From positions 7,744 through 71,743 of the forward strand of contig JAWBZL010000002.1 of NCBI GenBank assembly GCA_038866255.1: DNA of 64,000 bases, read 5' to 3'. The notes below the pieces were generated by a model. It saw only the letters and a program-made list of their open reading frames with translations. It ran no database searches and was not told where the DNA came from. This DNA comes from Archaeoglobaceae archaeon (GTDB taxonomy: Archaea > Halobacteriota > Archaeoglobi > Archaeoglobales > Archaeoglobaceae). Made by a program: the position numbers and the translations under genes. Shown here one piece after another: positions 52,989 through 60,853 of this stretch. The first letter of the stretch is position 1. Each line of letters starts with the position of its first letter.

Positions 52989-53063
52989 TGCTCCGGCCGG
53001 GATTTGAACCCGGGGCAGGGAATCGAGAGTCCCCTATGTTTGACCGGGCTACACCACCGGAGC
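52989..53063 (-). tRNA. tRNA-Glu (anticodon CUC)
   Basis: Hand-folded cloverleaf. Acceptor GCUCCGG/CCGGAGC. Anticodon stem GGGGA/UUCCC with loop CUCUCGA. T arm CCGGG-UUCAAAU-CCCGG. Discriminator A; no encoded CCA. Confidence 0.9.
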
Positions 53064-53084
53064 TTAAAATTTACCACTTCGCAG

Positions 53085-53100
53085 ATTTAAAATTCTTTCG
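53085..53100 (-). promoter_or_regulatory. BRE/TATA promoter of tRNA-Glu
   Basis: Minus strand CGAAAG-AATTTTAAAT, TATA centre ~26 nt upstream of the tRNA 5' end. Confidence 0.6.
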
Positions 53101-53264
53101 ATAACAAAAATAAGTTAAAATCTCGAACCAAGCTTGGAACACAATTTCGCAACTCTTGGCTCTCACCCCCCAAAATAAATGTGCATTATAGTTAATAAAC
53201 TTTTTCTCTCAGAAGTGTAATTTCACATGGGAAGCTTAAAATACAACGACAGGAATTTAATCCC

Positions 53265-53756
53265 GTGGAGGATTTCGAGATCGAAATGCTCAGAATACTT
53301 GAAGAGAATGCGAGGCTGAGCTATGAAGAACTTGCCGAAACGCTTGGAGTTAGTGTTGAAATAGTAAAGGAAAGCTTAAAGAAGCTTGAAGAAAACGGCA
53401 TTATTTTAAAGTATAAGGCAATCGTTAACTGGGAAAAGTTGCAGGAAGATTACGTTTACGCTGTGATAAATGTCAAAGTCTCTTTATCAAGGGAGAAGGG
53501 TTACGATGACATAGCGCGTAGAATTGCAAAGTTTCCCGAAGTCCATGCTGTTCGCCTTGTTAGTGGAGAAGCGGACTTTCAAGTTGTGATAAAAGGTAAA
53601 AGTCTGAAAGATGTTGCATTTTTTGTTGCGGAGAAAATCTCGACGATTCCAGAAGTAAGGGATACGGTTACACACTTTGTTTTGAGGACTTACAAGGAAG
53701 AAGGGGTGACTCTGTTTGCAGATGAGGAGGACAGAAGACTCGCCTTCGTGCCGTAG
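53265..53756 (+). CDS. Lrp/AsnC-family transcriptional regulator
   Basis: 163 aa; HTH (EIEMLRILEENARLSYEELAETLGVS) plus RAM/AsnC_trans_reg domain; GTG start. Confidence 0.85.
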   Translation: MEDFEIEMLRILEENARLSYEELAETLGVSVEIVKESLKKLEENGIILKYKAIVNWEKLQEDYVYAVINVKVSLSREKGYDDIARRIAKFPEVHAVRLVSGEADFQVVIKGKSLKDVAFFVAEKISTIPEVRDTVTHFVLRTYKEEGVTLFADEEDRRLAFVP

Positions 53757-54888
53757 AGTTGCAAAAAAAGTCGAAGATTTAAGGCCCTCTGGAATCAGGA
53801 GATTTTTTGATCTTGTAATTGGCAGAGAGGATGTTATAAGTCTTGGAGTGGGTGAACCGGATTTTCCAGTGCCATGGAGAATAAGAGAAGAGATGATTTA
53901 TTCACTCGAAAAAGGATTTACATCCTATACATCCAATTTTGGTCTTCCAGAGTTGCGAGAAGGTGTTGCGGAGTATTACAAACGCTTTGGTCTCGAAACA
54001 TCACCAAATAGGGTTCTCATAACAACAGGGGCAAGCGAGGCAATAGATTTGGCCATAAGGGCTATTATCAATCCTGGAGATCGAGTTCTTCTTCCTGAGC
54101 CATGTTACGTGAGTTACAAACCTCTGATCTCCATATGCCACGGAGAAACAATCTCGATTTCTACGAATCCAGATTTCAAATTAACAAGGGAAATGATAGA
54201 TAAATACGTGGACACAAAAACAAAGGCTCTAATCCTTAATTATCCCGCAAATCCGACTGGGATAAGTTACACAAAAAAGGAGCTCGAAGAGATTGCAGAC
54301 GGGGTTTTAGAGCATGATTTAATCGTGATCTCAGATGAAATATATGCGGAACTGACGTTCGATTACAAGCACGTCTCCATAGCTTCTCTGAATGGTATGG
54401 AGGACAATTGCATTGTAATAAACGGTTTTTCAAAGGCCTTCTCAATGACAGGGCTTAGAGTTGGCTACATAATTGCTCCAGAGGATATATTTAGCGCAAT
54501 TCTGAAAATTCACCAGTATTGTATGCTTTGTGCTCCTATAACTTCGCAGATCGGAGCAATTGAGGCTTTGAAATGTCTTGAAGAGCTTGAGAAAGCAAAG
54601 GCGGAGTATTTAAGGAGGAGAAACTACATAGTAAAACGATTAAGTGAATTTTTGGAAATTAAAAAACCAGAAGGAACCTTCTATGCTTTTCCGAGCATTT
54701 CTTCAACTGGAATGAGCAGTGAGGAGTTTGCAGAAAGGTTGTTATTTGAAAAGAATGTTGCAGTGGTTCCAGGAAATGCCTTTGGAGAGAGTGGGGAAGG
54801 TTATATAAGAATGGCTTTTGCTGTGAAGTTTGAAAAGCTTAAGGAAGCGATTGACAGAATTGAGGACTTTGTAAATGCCAAAGGTTAA
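53716..54888 (+). CDS. Class I/II pyridoxal-phosphate aminotransferase (aspartate/aromatic type)
   Basis: 390 aa; LGVGEPDF, NYPANPTG, SKAFSMTGLRVGY (PLP Lys); start overlaps the Lrp gene by ~40 nt. Confidence 0.88.
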   Translation: MQMRRTEDSPSCRRVAKKVEDLRPSGIRRFFDLVIGREDVISLGVGEPDFPVPWRIREEMIYSLEKGFTSYTSNFGLPELREGVAEYYKRFGLETSPNRVLITTGASEAIDLAIRAIINPGDRVLLPEPCYVSYKPLISICHGETISISTNPDFKLTREMIDKYVDTKTKALILNYPANPTGISYTKKELEEIADGVLEHDLIVISDEIYAELTFDYKHVSIASLNGMEDNCIVINGFSKAFSMTGLRVGYIIAPEDIFSAILKIHQYCMLCAPITSQIGAIEALKCLEELEKAKAEYLRRRNYIVKRLSEFLEIKKPEGTFYAFPSISSTGMSSEEFAERLLFEKNVAVVPGNAFGESGEGYIRMAFAVKFEKLKEAIDRIEDFVNAKG

Positions 54889-55135
54889 GCTTTTTGCAGT
54901 TTTTAGAGAAGTAGCTGGAGTTAGTGAAGTGGAAATTGAGGGAAAAAACCTGAAAGAGATAGTTGAAAAACTCGTTGCAAAATATCCAAGGCTCAGAGAT
55001 CAATTTTTTGATGGGGATAAGCTTAGGGATTTTGTGCAGATAATGATTAATGGCAAACACTTTCGCGGAAACCTTGGCATAGAGGTTAAAGAAACCGATA
55101 TCGTTGCAATTTTCCCACCTGTAAGTGGTGGCTGA
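54875..55135 (+). CDS. MoaD/ThiS-family ubiquitin-like beta-grasp protein (SAMP-like) ending in Gly-Gly
   Basis: 86 aa; ...NGKHFRG...DIVAIFPPVSGG*; start overlaps the aminotransferase 3' end by 14 nt. Confidence 0.8.
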   Translation: MPKVKLFAVFREVAGVSEVEIEGKNLKEIVEKLVAKYPRLRDQFFDGDKLRDFVQIMINGKHFRGNLGIEVKETDIVAIFPPVSGG

Positions 55136-55140
55136 GCTTT

Positions 55141-55551
55141 TTAAAAATAGCCAAATTCACGGAGATAGTAATAAATTTCGGTAAGAAAATAGTTCAGGGA
55201 GCTAAATGGCACTATTATGCACCCCCCGTGAAAATAAATTGCATCATCGATGAAAGAAATTAGAACAGGAACTGCTTTTTTACCCTTCATTTTTGAAAAT
55301 CTTTTGCAACGTTCAGAATGCTTTATTGCCTCTTTCTTTATCTGCGAAACTCTGTGGCGGTGCTTTGAATACAGCTTTGCATCCATGCACAGCAGAATCA
55401 TGCCTCTTTCTGCAACTACATCGATTTCAGCCTTACCAAGTTCATCTTTGAAAACATGTCTGAAAAGAGTTTCAAAGCCGTGTGCATCACATACTTTCCT
55501 AACCTCTGCCTCAAATTCCTGCCAAGTTAGATTGTTTTCGCACACAATCAA
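55141..55551 (-). CDS. Small PD-(D/E)xK (Mrr_cat-like) nuclease-fold protein
   Basis: 136 aa; WQEFEAEVRKVCDAHGFE...AEIDVVAERGMILLCMDAKLY (D...DxK core). No ATG available; start is TTG 55551 or GTG 55545. Confidence 0.55.
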   Translation of the reverse strand: MIVCENNLTWQEFEAEVRKVCDAHGFETLFRHVFKDELGKAEIDVVAERGMILLCMDAKLYSKHRHRVSQIKKEAIKHSERCKRFSKMKGKKAVPVLISFIDDAIYFHGGCIIVPFSSLNYFLTEIYYYLREFGYF

Positions 55552-55584
55552 ATTCTAATTCGTGAACAAAAATTTTGTGCCTCA

Positions 55585-55597
55585 AAAGATATATACT
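55585..55597. promoter_or_regulatory. Palindromic TATA element between the divergent nuclease-like gene and rbcL
   Basis: AAAGATATATACT; centre ~24 nt upstream of rbcL ATG 55616 (leaderless spacing). Confidence 0.45.
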
Positions 55598-55615
55598 CCT
55601 GTTCCAAATACTTTT

Positions 55616-56911
55616 ATGAAGTATTCAGACTACATCGCAAAAGGTTACGAGCCAGGTGATGATGAAATAATTGCAATTTTTAGAATTAAACCAGCTAAGA
55701 ACTTCACAATTGAAGAAGTTTCCGGAGCTCTTGCAGCTGAAAGTAGCACGGGAACGTGGACTGAACTCTCTGAGTGGTGTGATGCTAAGAGAATAAAGGA
55801 TTTATCTGCAAAGGTTTACTGGTTTAAGAAGCTCAACGATCACTGGCTTATTCGGGTAAGCTATCCATTGGAGCTCTTTGAGGGAGGAAATTTACCAGTA
55901 TTTCTTGCCTCTGTTGCTGGAAACATATTTGGTATGCGCAGAATTGCAAAGCTTAGAGTTGAAGACATCTATTTGCCGAGGGATTTTTTAAGGCATTTTA
56001 AAGGCCCTTCAAGGGGGATTGAAGTTAAGAAGATATTCGGAGTTGAAAGGCCAATCGTTGGGACTGTGCCAAAACCAAAGGTTGGCTACACAGCTGAAGA
56101 GGTTGGAAGTCTCTCTTATGAGCTCTTCAGCGGGGGTATTGATTTTTTGAAGGACGATGAGAACTTGACAAGTCCAAAGTTCTGCAAGTTTGAGGAGAGA
56201 TGTGAAAAAATAATGGCAGCAGTGGAGAAGGCTGAAAACGAAACGGGGGAAAGAAAGGTTTGGTTTGCGAACATAACCGCTGATATAAGGGAAATGGAAA
56301 GAAGACTCAAAATAGTTGCAGATTACGGCAACCCATACGTGATGGTTGACGTGGTAATTGCTGGCTGGGCAGCGGTTGCGCACATTCGCGAATTAGCTGA
56401 GGATTACGGTCTTGCAATCCATGGCCACAGAGCTATGCATGCAGCAATAACAAGATACGATCACGGAATTTCGATGTTTCTTCTGGCAAAACTTTACCGC
56501 ATCATTGGTGTGGATCAGCTCCATATAGGGACAGCTGGTTTTGGAAAGCTTGAAAGTGGAAAAGAGGAGAGTTTGCAAAACGCAAGAATTTTGAGAGAGA
56601 AAAATTTCTTGTCAAACGATGAGATCCACTTTAACCAGAATTTCTGGCATATAAAACCCGCCATTCCTGTCTCTTCTGGTGGTTTGCATCCAGGAGTTCT
56701 TCCAGGAGTTGTTGAAACGCTTGGAAAAGACCTGGTTTTGCAAATCGGTGGTGGAGTCCTTGGACATCCAAATGGGGCTAAGGCTGGGGCAATGGCAGTA
56801 AGACAGGCGCTTGAGGCAATAATGCAGGGTATAGAGCTTGAAGAGTTTGCAAAGGGCAAACCAGAGCTTGCAAAAGCACTTGAAAAATGGGGGAGAAGTG
56901 CACCGATTTAG
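55616..56911 (+). CDS. rbcL: Ribulose-1,5-bisphosphate carboxylase/oxygenase, form III large subunit
   Basis: Collinear with T. kodakarensis RbcL as I recall it: GTWT, VPKPKVGY, DFLKDDENLTS, GLAIHGHRAMHAA, LHIGTAG.GKLE, SSGGLHPG, GGGVLGHP. ATG 55616 preferred; the track GTG 55562 adds 18 aa. Confidence 0.93.
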   Translation: MKYSDYIAKGYEPGDDEIIAIFRIKPAKNFTIEEVSGALAAESSTGTWTELSEWCDAKRIKDLSAKVYWFKKLNDHWLIRVSYPLELFEGGNLPVFLASVAGNIFGMRRIAKLRVEDIYLPRDFLRHFKGPSRGIEVKKIFGVERPIVGTVPKPKVGYTAEEVGSLSYELFSGGIDFLKDDENLTSPKFCKFEERCEKIMAAVEKAENETGERKVWFANITADIREMERRLKIVADYGNPYVMVDVVIAGWAAVAHIRELAEDYGLAIHGHRAMHAAITRYDHGISMFLLAKLYRIIGVDQLHIGTAGFGKLESGKEESLQNARILREKNFLSNDEIHFNQNFWHIKPAIPVSSGGLHPGVLPGVVETLGKDLVLQIGGGVLGHPNGAKAGAMAVRQALEAIMQGIELEEFAKGKPELAKALEKWGRSAPI

Positions 56912-57510
56912 AGCATCCAAAGAACTTTTTTATCACAATCTCTTCTTGGCGGAACGGGTGGATCCTTTGCAGGATAACCAATTGGAATGACTGCAACGAG
57001 TTTTTTGCCAGAAATTCCAAGTTCTTTGTTTATCTCCTCCTCCGCATGCACTGGTCCCGTCATCCAGCAACTTCCAAGTCCAAGGGCGTGTGCAGAAAGT
57101 AGTAAATTCTGAATTGAGGCGCAGACACTTTGTAGATCTGCAAAGTCATCACCCGTGGGGGTGTAATATGCGAAAATAACTACGGGAGCGTTTCCAAGAG
57201 TTTTGAAGAATTGCTCCGTTAGATTTATAACCTTTGGAGTTTCTGCAAAGAATCTCTGGAGTCTCGGTAAAATGCTCTTATAGCTTTCTCTAATTGCATT
57301 CATAAGGTTTTTCATCTTCTCTCTGCCAACAACGACGAAAAACCATTGCTGTCTGTTCATCGCGGATGGAGCCCACATCGCGAGTTCGAGAATTTTCTCA
57401 ATCTTTTCTTTTTCAACTGGTTTGTCAAGAAAAATTCTGTGGCTTCTTCTTTTTTTTATTATCATTTCAAGGCATTCAAAATACTCCATAGAGTAAATGG
57501 GCAAAATCAT
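56908..57510 (-). CDS. Nitroreductase-family flavoprotein
   Basis: 200 aa; RRSHRIF, APSAMNRQQW, LGLGSCW motifs; probable start ATG 57489; 3' end overlaps the rbcL stop by 4 nt (convergent). Confidence 0.85.
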   Translation of the reverse strand: MILPIYSMEYFECLEMIIKKRRSHRIFLDKPVEKEKIEKILELAMWAPSAMNRQQWFFVVVGREKMKNLMNAIRESYKSILPRLQRFFAETPKVINLTEQFFKTLGNAPVVIFAYYTPTGDDFADLQSVCASIQNLLLSAHALGLGSCWMTGPVHAEEEINKELGISGKKLVAVIPIGYPAKDPPVPPRRDCDKKVLWML

Positions 57511-57534
57511 TTATAATTGTTTTGATCTTTTCTC

Positions 57535-58536
57535 ATGCTCTCTGTTGATTGGTTCTGGGAAAGGATGAGGTTGACAAAAAAGTTTGTGAAAGAAGTTGAT
57601 GTCGAGGAAGTTGCAATATGCGTTCCGCTTGAATTCAAGACTGCCTGTCTTATCTATGAGCTGTCAAAAAACGTAAAGGTTTATCCCACCAAGCTTGATG
57701 AATTCTCAACAAAAGAAACCGCAGTGAGATGGCTTGAGGAGAATGGGATAAAAATTTTTAGAAGAAGAGACGCTGTAAAGGCTGAATACTTTCTTGACTG
57801 CTCAGCTGTGCTATCAAGAACTGCGGAAAAGATTGGGAAGGGAGAAATAAAAGTTGTTGAGCTAACGAGAACAGGTGAGGAATATCTGAGAAATCTAAAA
57901 ATAAAGCTTAGGGAAATAAAGCTTAGGGCAATATCGGTGGATTCGTCGAGACTTAAGGAAATTGAAAGCTCTCTTGGCACGCCTTTTGGATTGCTTGAAG
58001 CGCTTTTGAAGCTAAACATTTACCTTCCAAGCAAGAAAGTGAAGATTGTTGGATTTGGAAAAGTTGGCAAGGGTTGTGCTGAGTTATTAAGAAAACTTGG
58101 ATGCAACGTGAGTGTATGGGACTTAAAGGAGGAAAGGCAAAAAGAAGCAATCTCTGCTGGTTTTAATGTTTCAGAAGATTTAAAAGCGGATCTTGTGATT
58201 TTGTGCACAGATTCCAAGGTTGATTTTTTGGTTGAGGATGCAATAATCGTAAACATGGGTGCAGAAATCTTCAAGGCCAATGGAGAAATTATTCGAGACT
58301 ATGGAGCAGTAAAAGCCTTTAAAAGTGGAGAAAAAGTATTTTACGTTGTTTCAGATGGTTATGCAGCAAACTTGGCAATTGGAAGTGGAACACCAATAGA
58401 GATAATGGATCTAACTTTCTCTGCTGCCGTACTCGGGCTTAACTACTTAAAAAAAGACTTTGAGGGAATCATTCCGCTGCCAAAAGAGATAGAGGATAAA
58501 ATCTTTCGCGAAATGAAAAATTTAATTAGCTTATAA
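57535..58536 (+). CDS. Short S-adenosylhomocysteine-hydrolase-fold paralog (function unknown)
   Basis: 333 aa; NAD motif KIVGFGKVGKGCAELLRKLGCNV and C-terminal GYAANLAIGSGTPIEIMDLTFS align with SAHH VxGYGDVGKGCA and GRLVNLGCATGHPSFVMSxSF; about 80-100 aa shorter than canonical SAHH. Confidence 0.7.
   Translation: MLSVDWFWERMRLTKKFVKEVDVEEVAICVPLEFKTACLIYELSKNVKVYPTKLDEFSTKETAVRWLEENGIKIFRRRDAVKAEYFLDCSAVLSRTAEKIGKGEIKVVELTRTGEEYLRNLKIKLREIKLRAISVDSSRLKEIESSLGTPFGLLEALLKLNIYLPSKKVKIVGFGKVGKGCAELLRKLGCNVSVWDLKEERQKEAISAGFNVSEDLKADLVILCTDSKVDFLVEDAIIVNMGAEIFKANGEIIRDYGAVKAFKSGEKVFYVVSDGYAANLAIGSGTPIEIMDLTFSAAVLGLNYLKKDFEGIIPLPKEIEDKIFREMKNLISL
57899..57928 (+). repeat. Perfect in-frame 15-nt tandem duplication inside the SAHH-like gene
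   Basis: AAATAAAGCTTAGGG x2 (57899-57913, 57914-57928), encoding IKLRE/IKLRA. Confidence 0.95.
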
Positions 58537-59023
58537 CAACCTTTTTCACTCCACTCACTTTTAGAATTTCTTCAACAACTCTTCCCGGAATTTTTGTGTC
58601 TGTAACAATGATCATTTTAGACTCTATGCTTAACTCAGGATCCTCTGCGAGGATGTAGCGAATAACTATCCCCTCTTTTGCGAGGGCATTTGTAACACCT
58701 GCAGCAATTCCTGCTTTACTGCTTTCTGCATAAACTTCAAGCACACCATAGCCAAAGTAACGAGCAACTTCTGCTACGTTTGCAACTGGCTTTAGATTTT
58801 CAAAAACTTTTTTGAGTTCAGCATCATTTTCGATGTTCTGAACAGCTGAGAGAACGACTTTTCTGTCCACTCCTATTGCCTCTGCAATCTTCGTTGGAAT
58901 CAACTCTATGTTGTTACAGTATGCTTTTCCATTTCTAACAGAAATCCCAAGTCTAAGAAATTCTTTCGCAACAGCAATTTGAGATGGGTATTTTTCAAAT
59001 TTCTCCGCTATTTTTCGCCACAT
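58526..59023 (-). CDS. ACT-domain predicted regulator of amino-acid metabolism (COG2150-like)
   Basis: 165 aa; N-terminal HTH-like region plus C-terminal ACT-like fold (GVLEVYAESSKAGIAAGVTNALAKEGIVI). Confidence 0.65.
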   Translation of the reverse strand: MWRKIAEKFEKYPSQIAVAKEFLRLGISVRNGKAYCNNIELIPTKIAEAIGVDRKVVLSAVQNIENDAELKKVFENLKPVANVAEVARYFGYGVLEVYAESSKAGIAAGVTNALAKEGIVIRYILAEDPELSIESKMIIVTDTKIPGRVVEEILKVSGVKKVVIS

Positions 59024-59060
59024 AAAAAAAGTTGGATTCGAGAAGATAAAATTTTGTGAT

Positions 59061-59999
59061 TCACTTCTTGCTCTTCAGCTTGTCTATCAGTGCCGGAACT
59101 ACGTCGAAGATATTTCCAACTATTCCGTAATGCGCAACACCAAATATTGGCGCCTCCGGATCTTTGTTAACTGCGATTATTAGTTCACTGTCCTTCATTC
59201 CCATTACATGCTGGAAAGCCCCGCTTATGCCCAAGGCCAAGTATAGTTTTGGTTTCACGATCTTTCCAGAGATCCCAACCTGTCTATCTTTGGGCAGCCA
59301 TCCGCTGTCAATGACTGGTCTGCTTCCTGCAACAACTCCACCAAGTAACTGCGCAAGCTCCTCTGCCAGCGGGATGTTTGCAGCATCCTCAATTCCACGT
59401 CCTACCGAAACTATTATCTCCGCTTTGGTTATATCAACTTCTCCAACCTCTGGCTGGACATAGCCGATGAATTTCCTTCCACTTGGCTTTGAAGGCTTGA
59501 TTCCTGCATCAGCTATTTGTCCATTCTTCTGCGCGCCTTCCTTAAAAGCCCCCTGTCTCACTGTGAGCACACAGGGTGTTGAAATCTTCAAATCAACCAT
59601 TATCTTTCCCTGCATCAGATAACGGGAAACCACAAAACCATCGCCGGTTTTTACAGCAACGACATCAGTTACGATTGGAACGTTAAGCTTTGCTGCAAGA
59701 TATGGTGCAAATTCCGCTCCCTGGGCAGTATTGCCAACAAGAACAACTTCTGGTTTCTCCCTTGCAATCAACTGCTGCAGAACATCAACGTAAAGCTCGG
59801 GATTGTAGTTTTCAAGCGCAACATCTTCTATTTTCCAGACTTTATTTGCGAATTTTGCAAGTTCTGCTGCGAATTTGGAGACATCCTTGCCTATAACCAC
59901 TGCATAGCTTTCGCCAAGTTTGTTTGCGAGATTTAGCAACTCAATGCTGAGTGGATTTAGTTCCCCAAACCTGTGCTCAGCAACTGCAAGAACCTTCAT
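59061..59999 (-). CDS. etfA: Electron transfer flavoprotein alpha subunit
   Basis: 312 aa; C-terminal FAD domain VSVGRGI...VAGSRPVIDSGW...QVGISGKIVKPKLYLALGISGAFQH. Confidence 0.92.
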   Translation of the reverse strand: MKVLAVAEHRFGELNPLSIELLNLANKLGESYAVVIGKDVSKFAAELAKFANKVWKIEDVALENYNPELYVDVLQQLIAREKPEVVLVGNTAQGAEFAPYLAAKLNVPIVTDVVAVKTGDGFVVSRYLMQGKIMVDLKISTPCVLTVRQGAFKEGAQKNGQIADAGIKPSKPSGRKFIGYVQPEVGEVDITKAEIIVSVGRGIEDAANIPLAEELAQLLGGVVAGSRPVIDSGWLPKDRQVGISGKIVKPKLYLALGISGAFQHVMGMKDSELIIAVNKDPEAPIFGVAHYGIVGNIFDVVPALIDKLKSKK

Positions 60000-60742
60000 C
60001 CTACCAGCCCCCTTTCTTTAAGTATTGCAATCAGCTTTGTGGCGATTTGTGATGGATCGCCTGTAATGAGCTCAGCCTTCTTCACTGGTGGAAGATACAT
60101 TTTCACAACTTCCACAGTCTTTTTCTTTGGTGAAATGTTTACTTCTTTAAGTTCCTTCGTTTTTGCCTTCTTTATACCCATCACTGAAACGTATCTCGGT
60201 TCATTTATTCCACTCTGAATCGTTAGCAAGCATGGAATTGGTAGCTCCGCCTCCTCCTGATAACCGCCTTCTATTTCTCTTCTTATCTTTACTGTGCCCC
60301 CTTTAATGTCGATTCCAGTCACAGCGGTTGCGAATGGCAAGTTTAGCATACCTGCAAGAAGGACGCCGACAAGAGCATTGTTAATGTCCTGACTCATCAA
60401 GCCGGCAAAGATCATATCGAATTTCTCGTTCTTTATAGCCTCATAGATGACCTCTGCTGTCTGATAGGCATCAATTCCTCCATCAAACGGGATTTTTACT
60501 GCCCTGTCTGCACCCATCGCCAGGCATTTTCGAAGAGTGTCTTCGCAGTTCTTTCCAACTCCCACTACGACAACTTCCCCACCCAGTTTTTCCTTAATCC
60601 TTATCGCCTCTTCAACTGCGTAGCGATCCCAGTCGTTGATATCAAAAACAGCGGTACCAAGGGAGAGACTTTTGCCATCGCTCGCAACACTTACTTCGCT
60701 TTGAGGATCTGGGGCATGTTTCGCGAGTACAATAATTTTCAT
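59996..60742 (-). CDS. etfB: Electron transfer flavoprotein beta subunit
   Basis: 248 aa; MKIIVLAKHAPD..., DMIFAGLMSQD, ETF beta signature; 4-nt overlap with etfA. Confidence 0.92.
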   Translation of the reverse strand: MKIIVLAKHAPDPQSEVSVASDGKSLSLGTAVFDINDWDRYAVEEAIRIKEKLGGEVVVVGVGKNCEDTLRKCLAMGADRAVKIPFDGGIDAYQTAEVIYEAIKNEKFDMIFAGLMSQDINNALVGVLLAGMLNLPFATAVTGIDIKGGTVKIRREIEGGYQEEAELPIPCLLTIQSGINEPRYVSVMGIKKAKTKELKEVNISPKKKTVEVVKMYLPPVKKAELITGDPSQIATKLIAILKERGLVG

Positions 60743-60853
60743 TTCACCACCACTCTAAGTTTAGGCTGTGAAATAAAAAATTTTCCGTTTTAATTCCGGG
60801 AAGTCGAGAATTAGATTTGCAATTCAGCGGATGAGAGTGTCGAAATTTAATAA

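Noticed and set aside
53128-53137. 10-bp palindrome CCAAGCTTGG upstream of the Lrp-family regulator as a possible operator
   Set aside because: It occurs only once. Perfect 10-bp palindromes are expected by chance tens of times in 64 kb (about 64000 x 4^-5), so it cannot be supported as a binding site without a second half-site, a repeat or conservation.
53227-53319. 30-aa ORF (MGSLKYNDRNLIPW...) upstream of and overlapping the Lrp start
   Set aside because: It is out of frame with the regulator and overlaps it, and it has no SD or TATA at an appropriate distance. It is probably a chance ORF.
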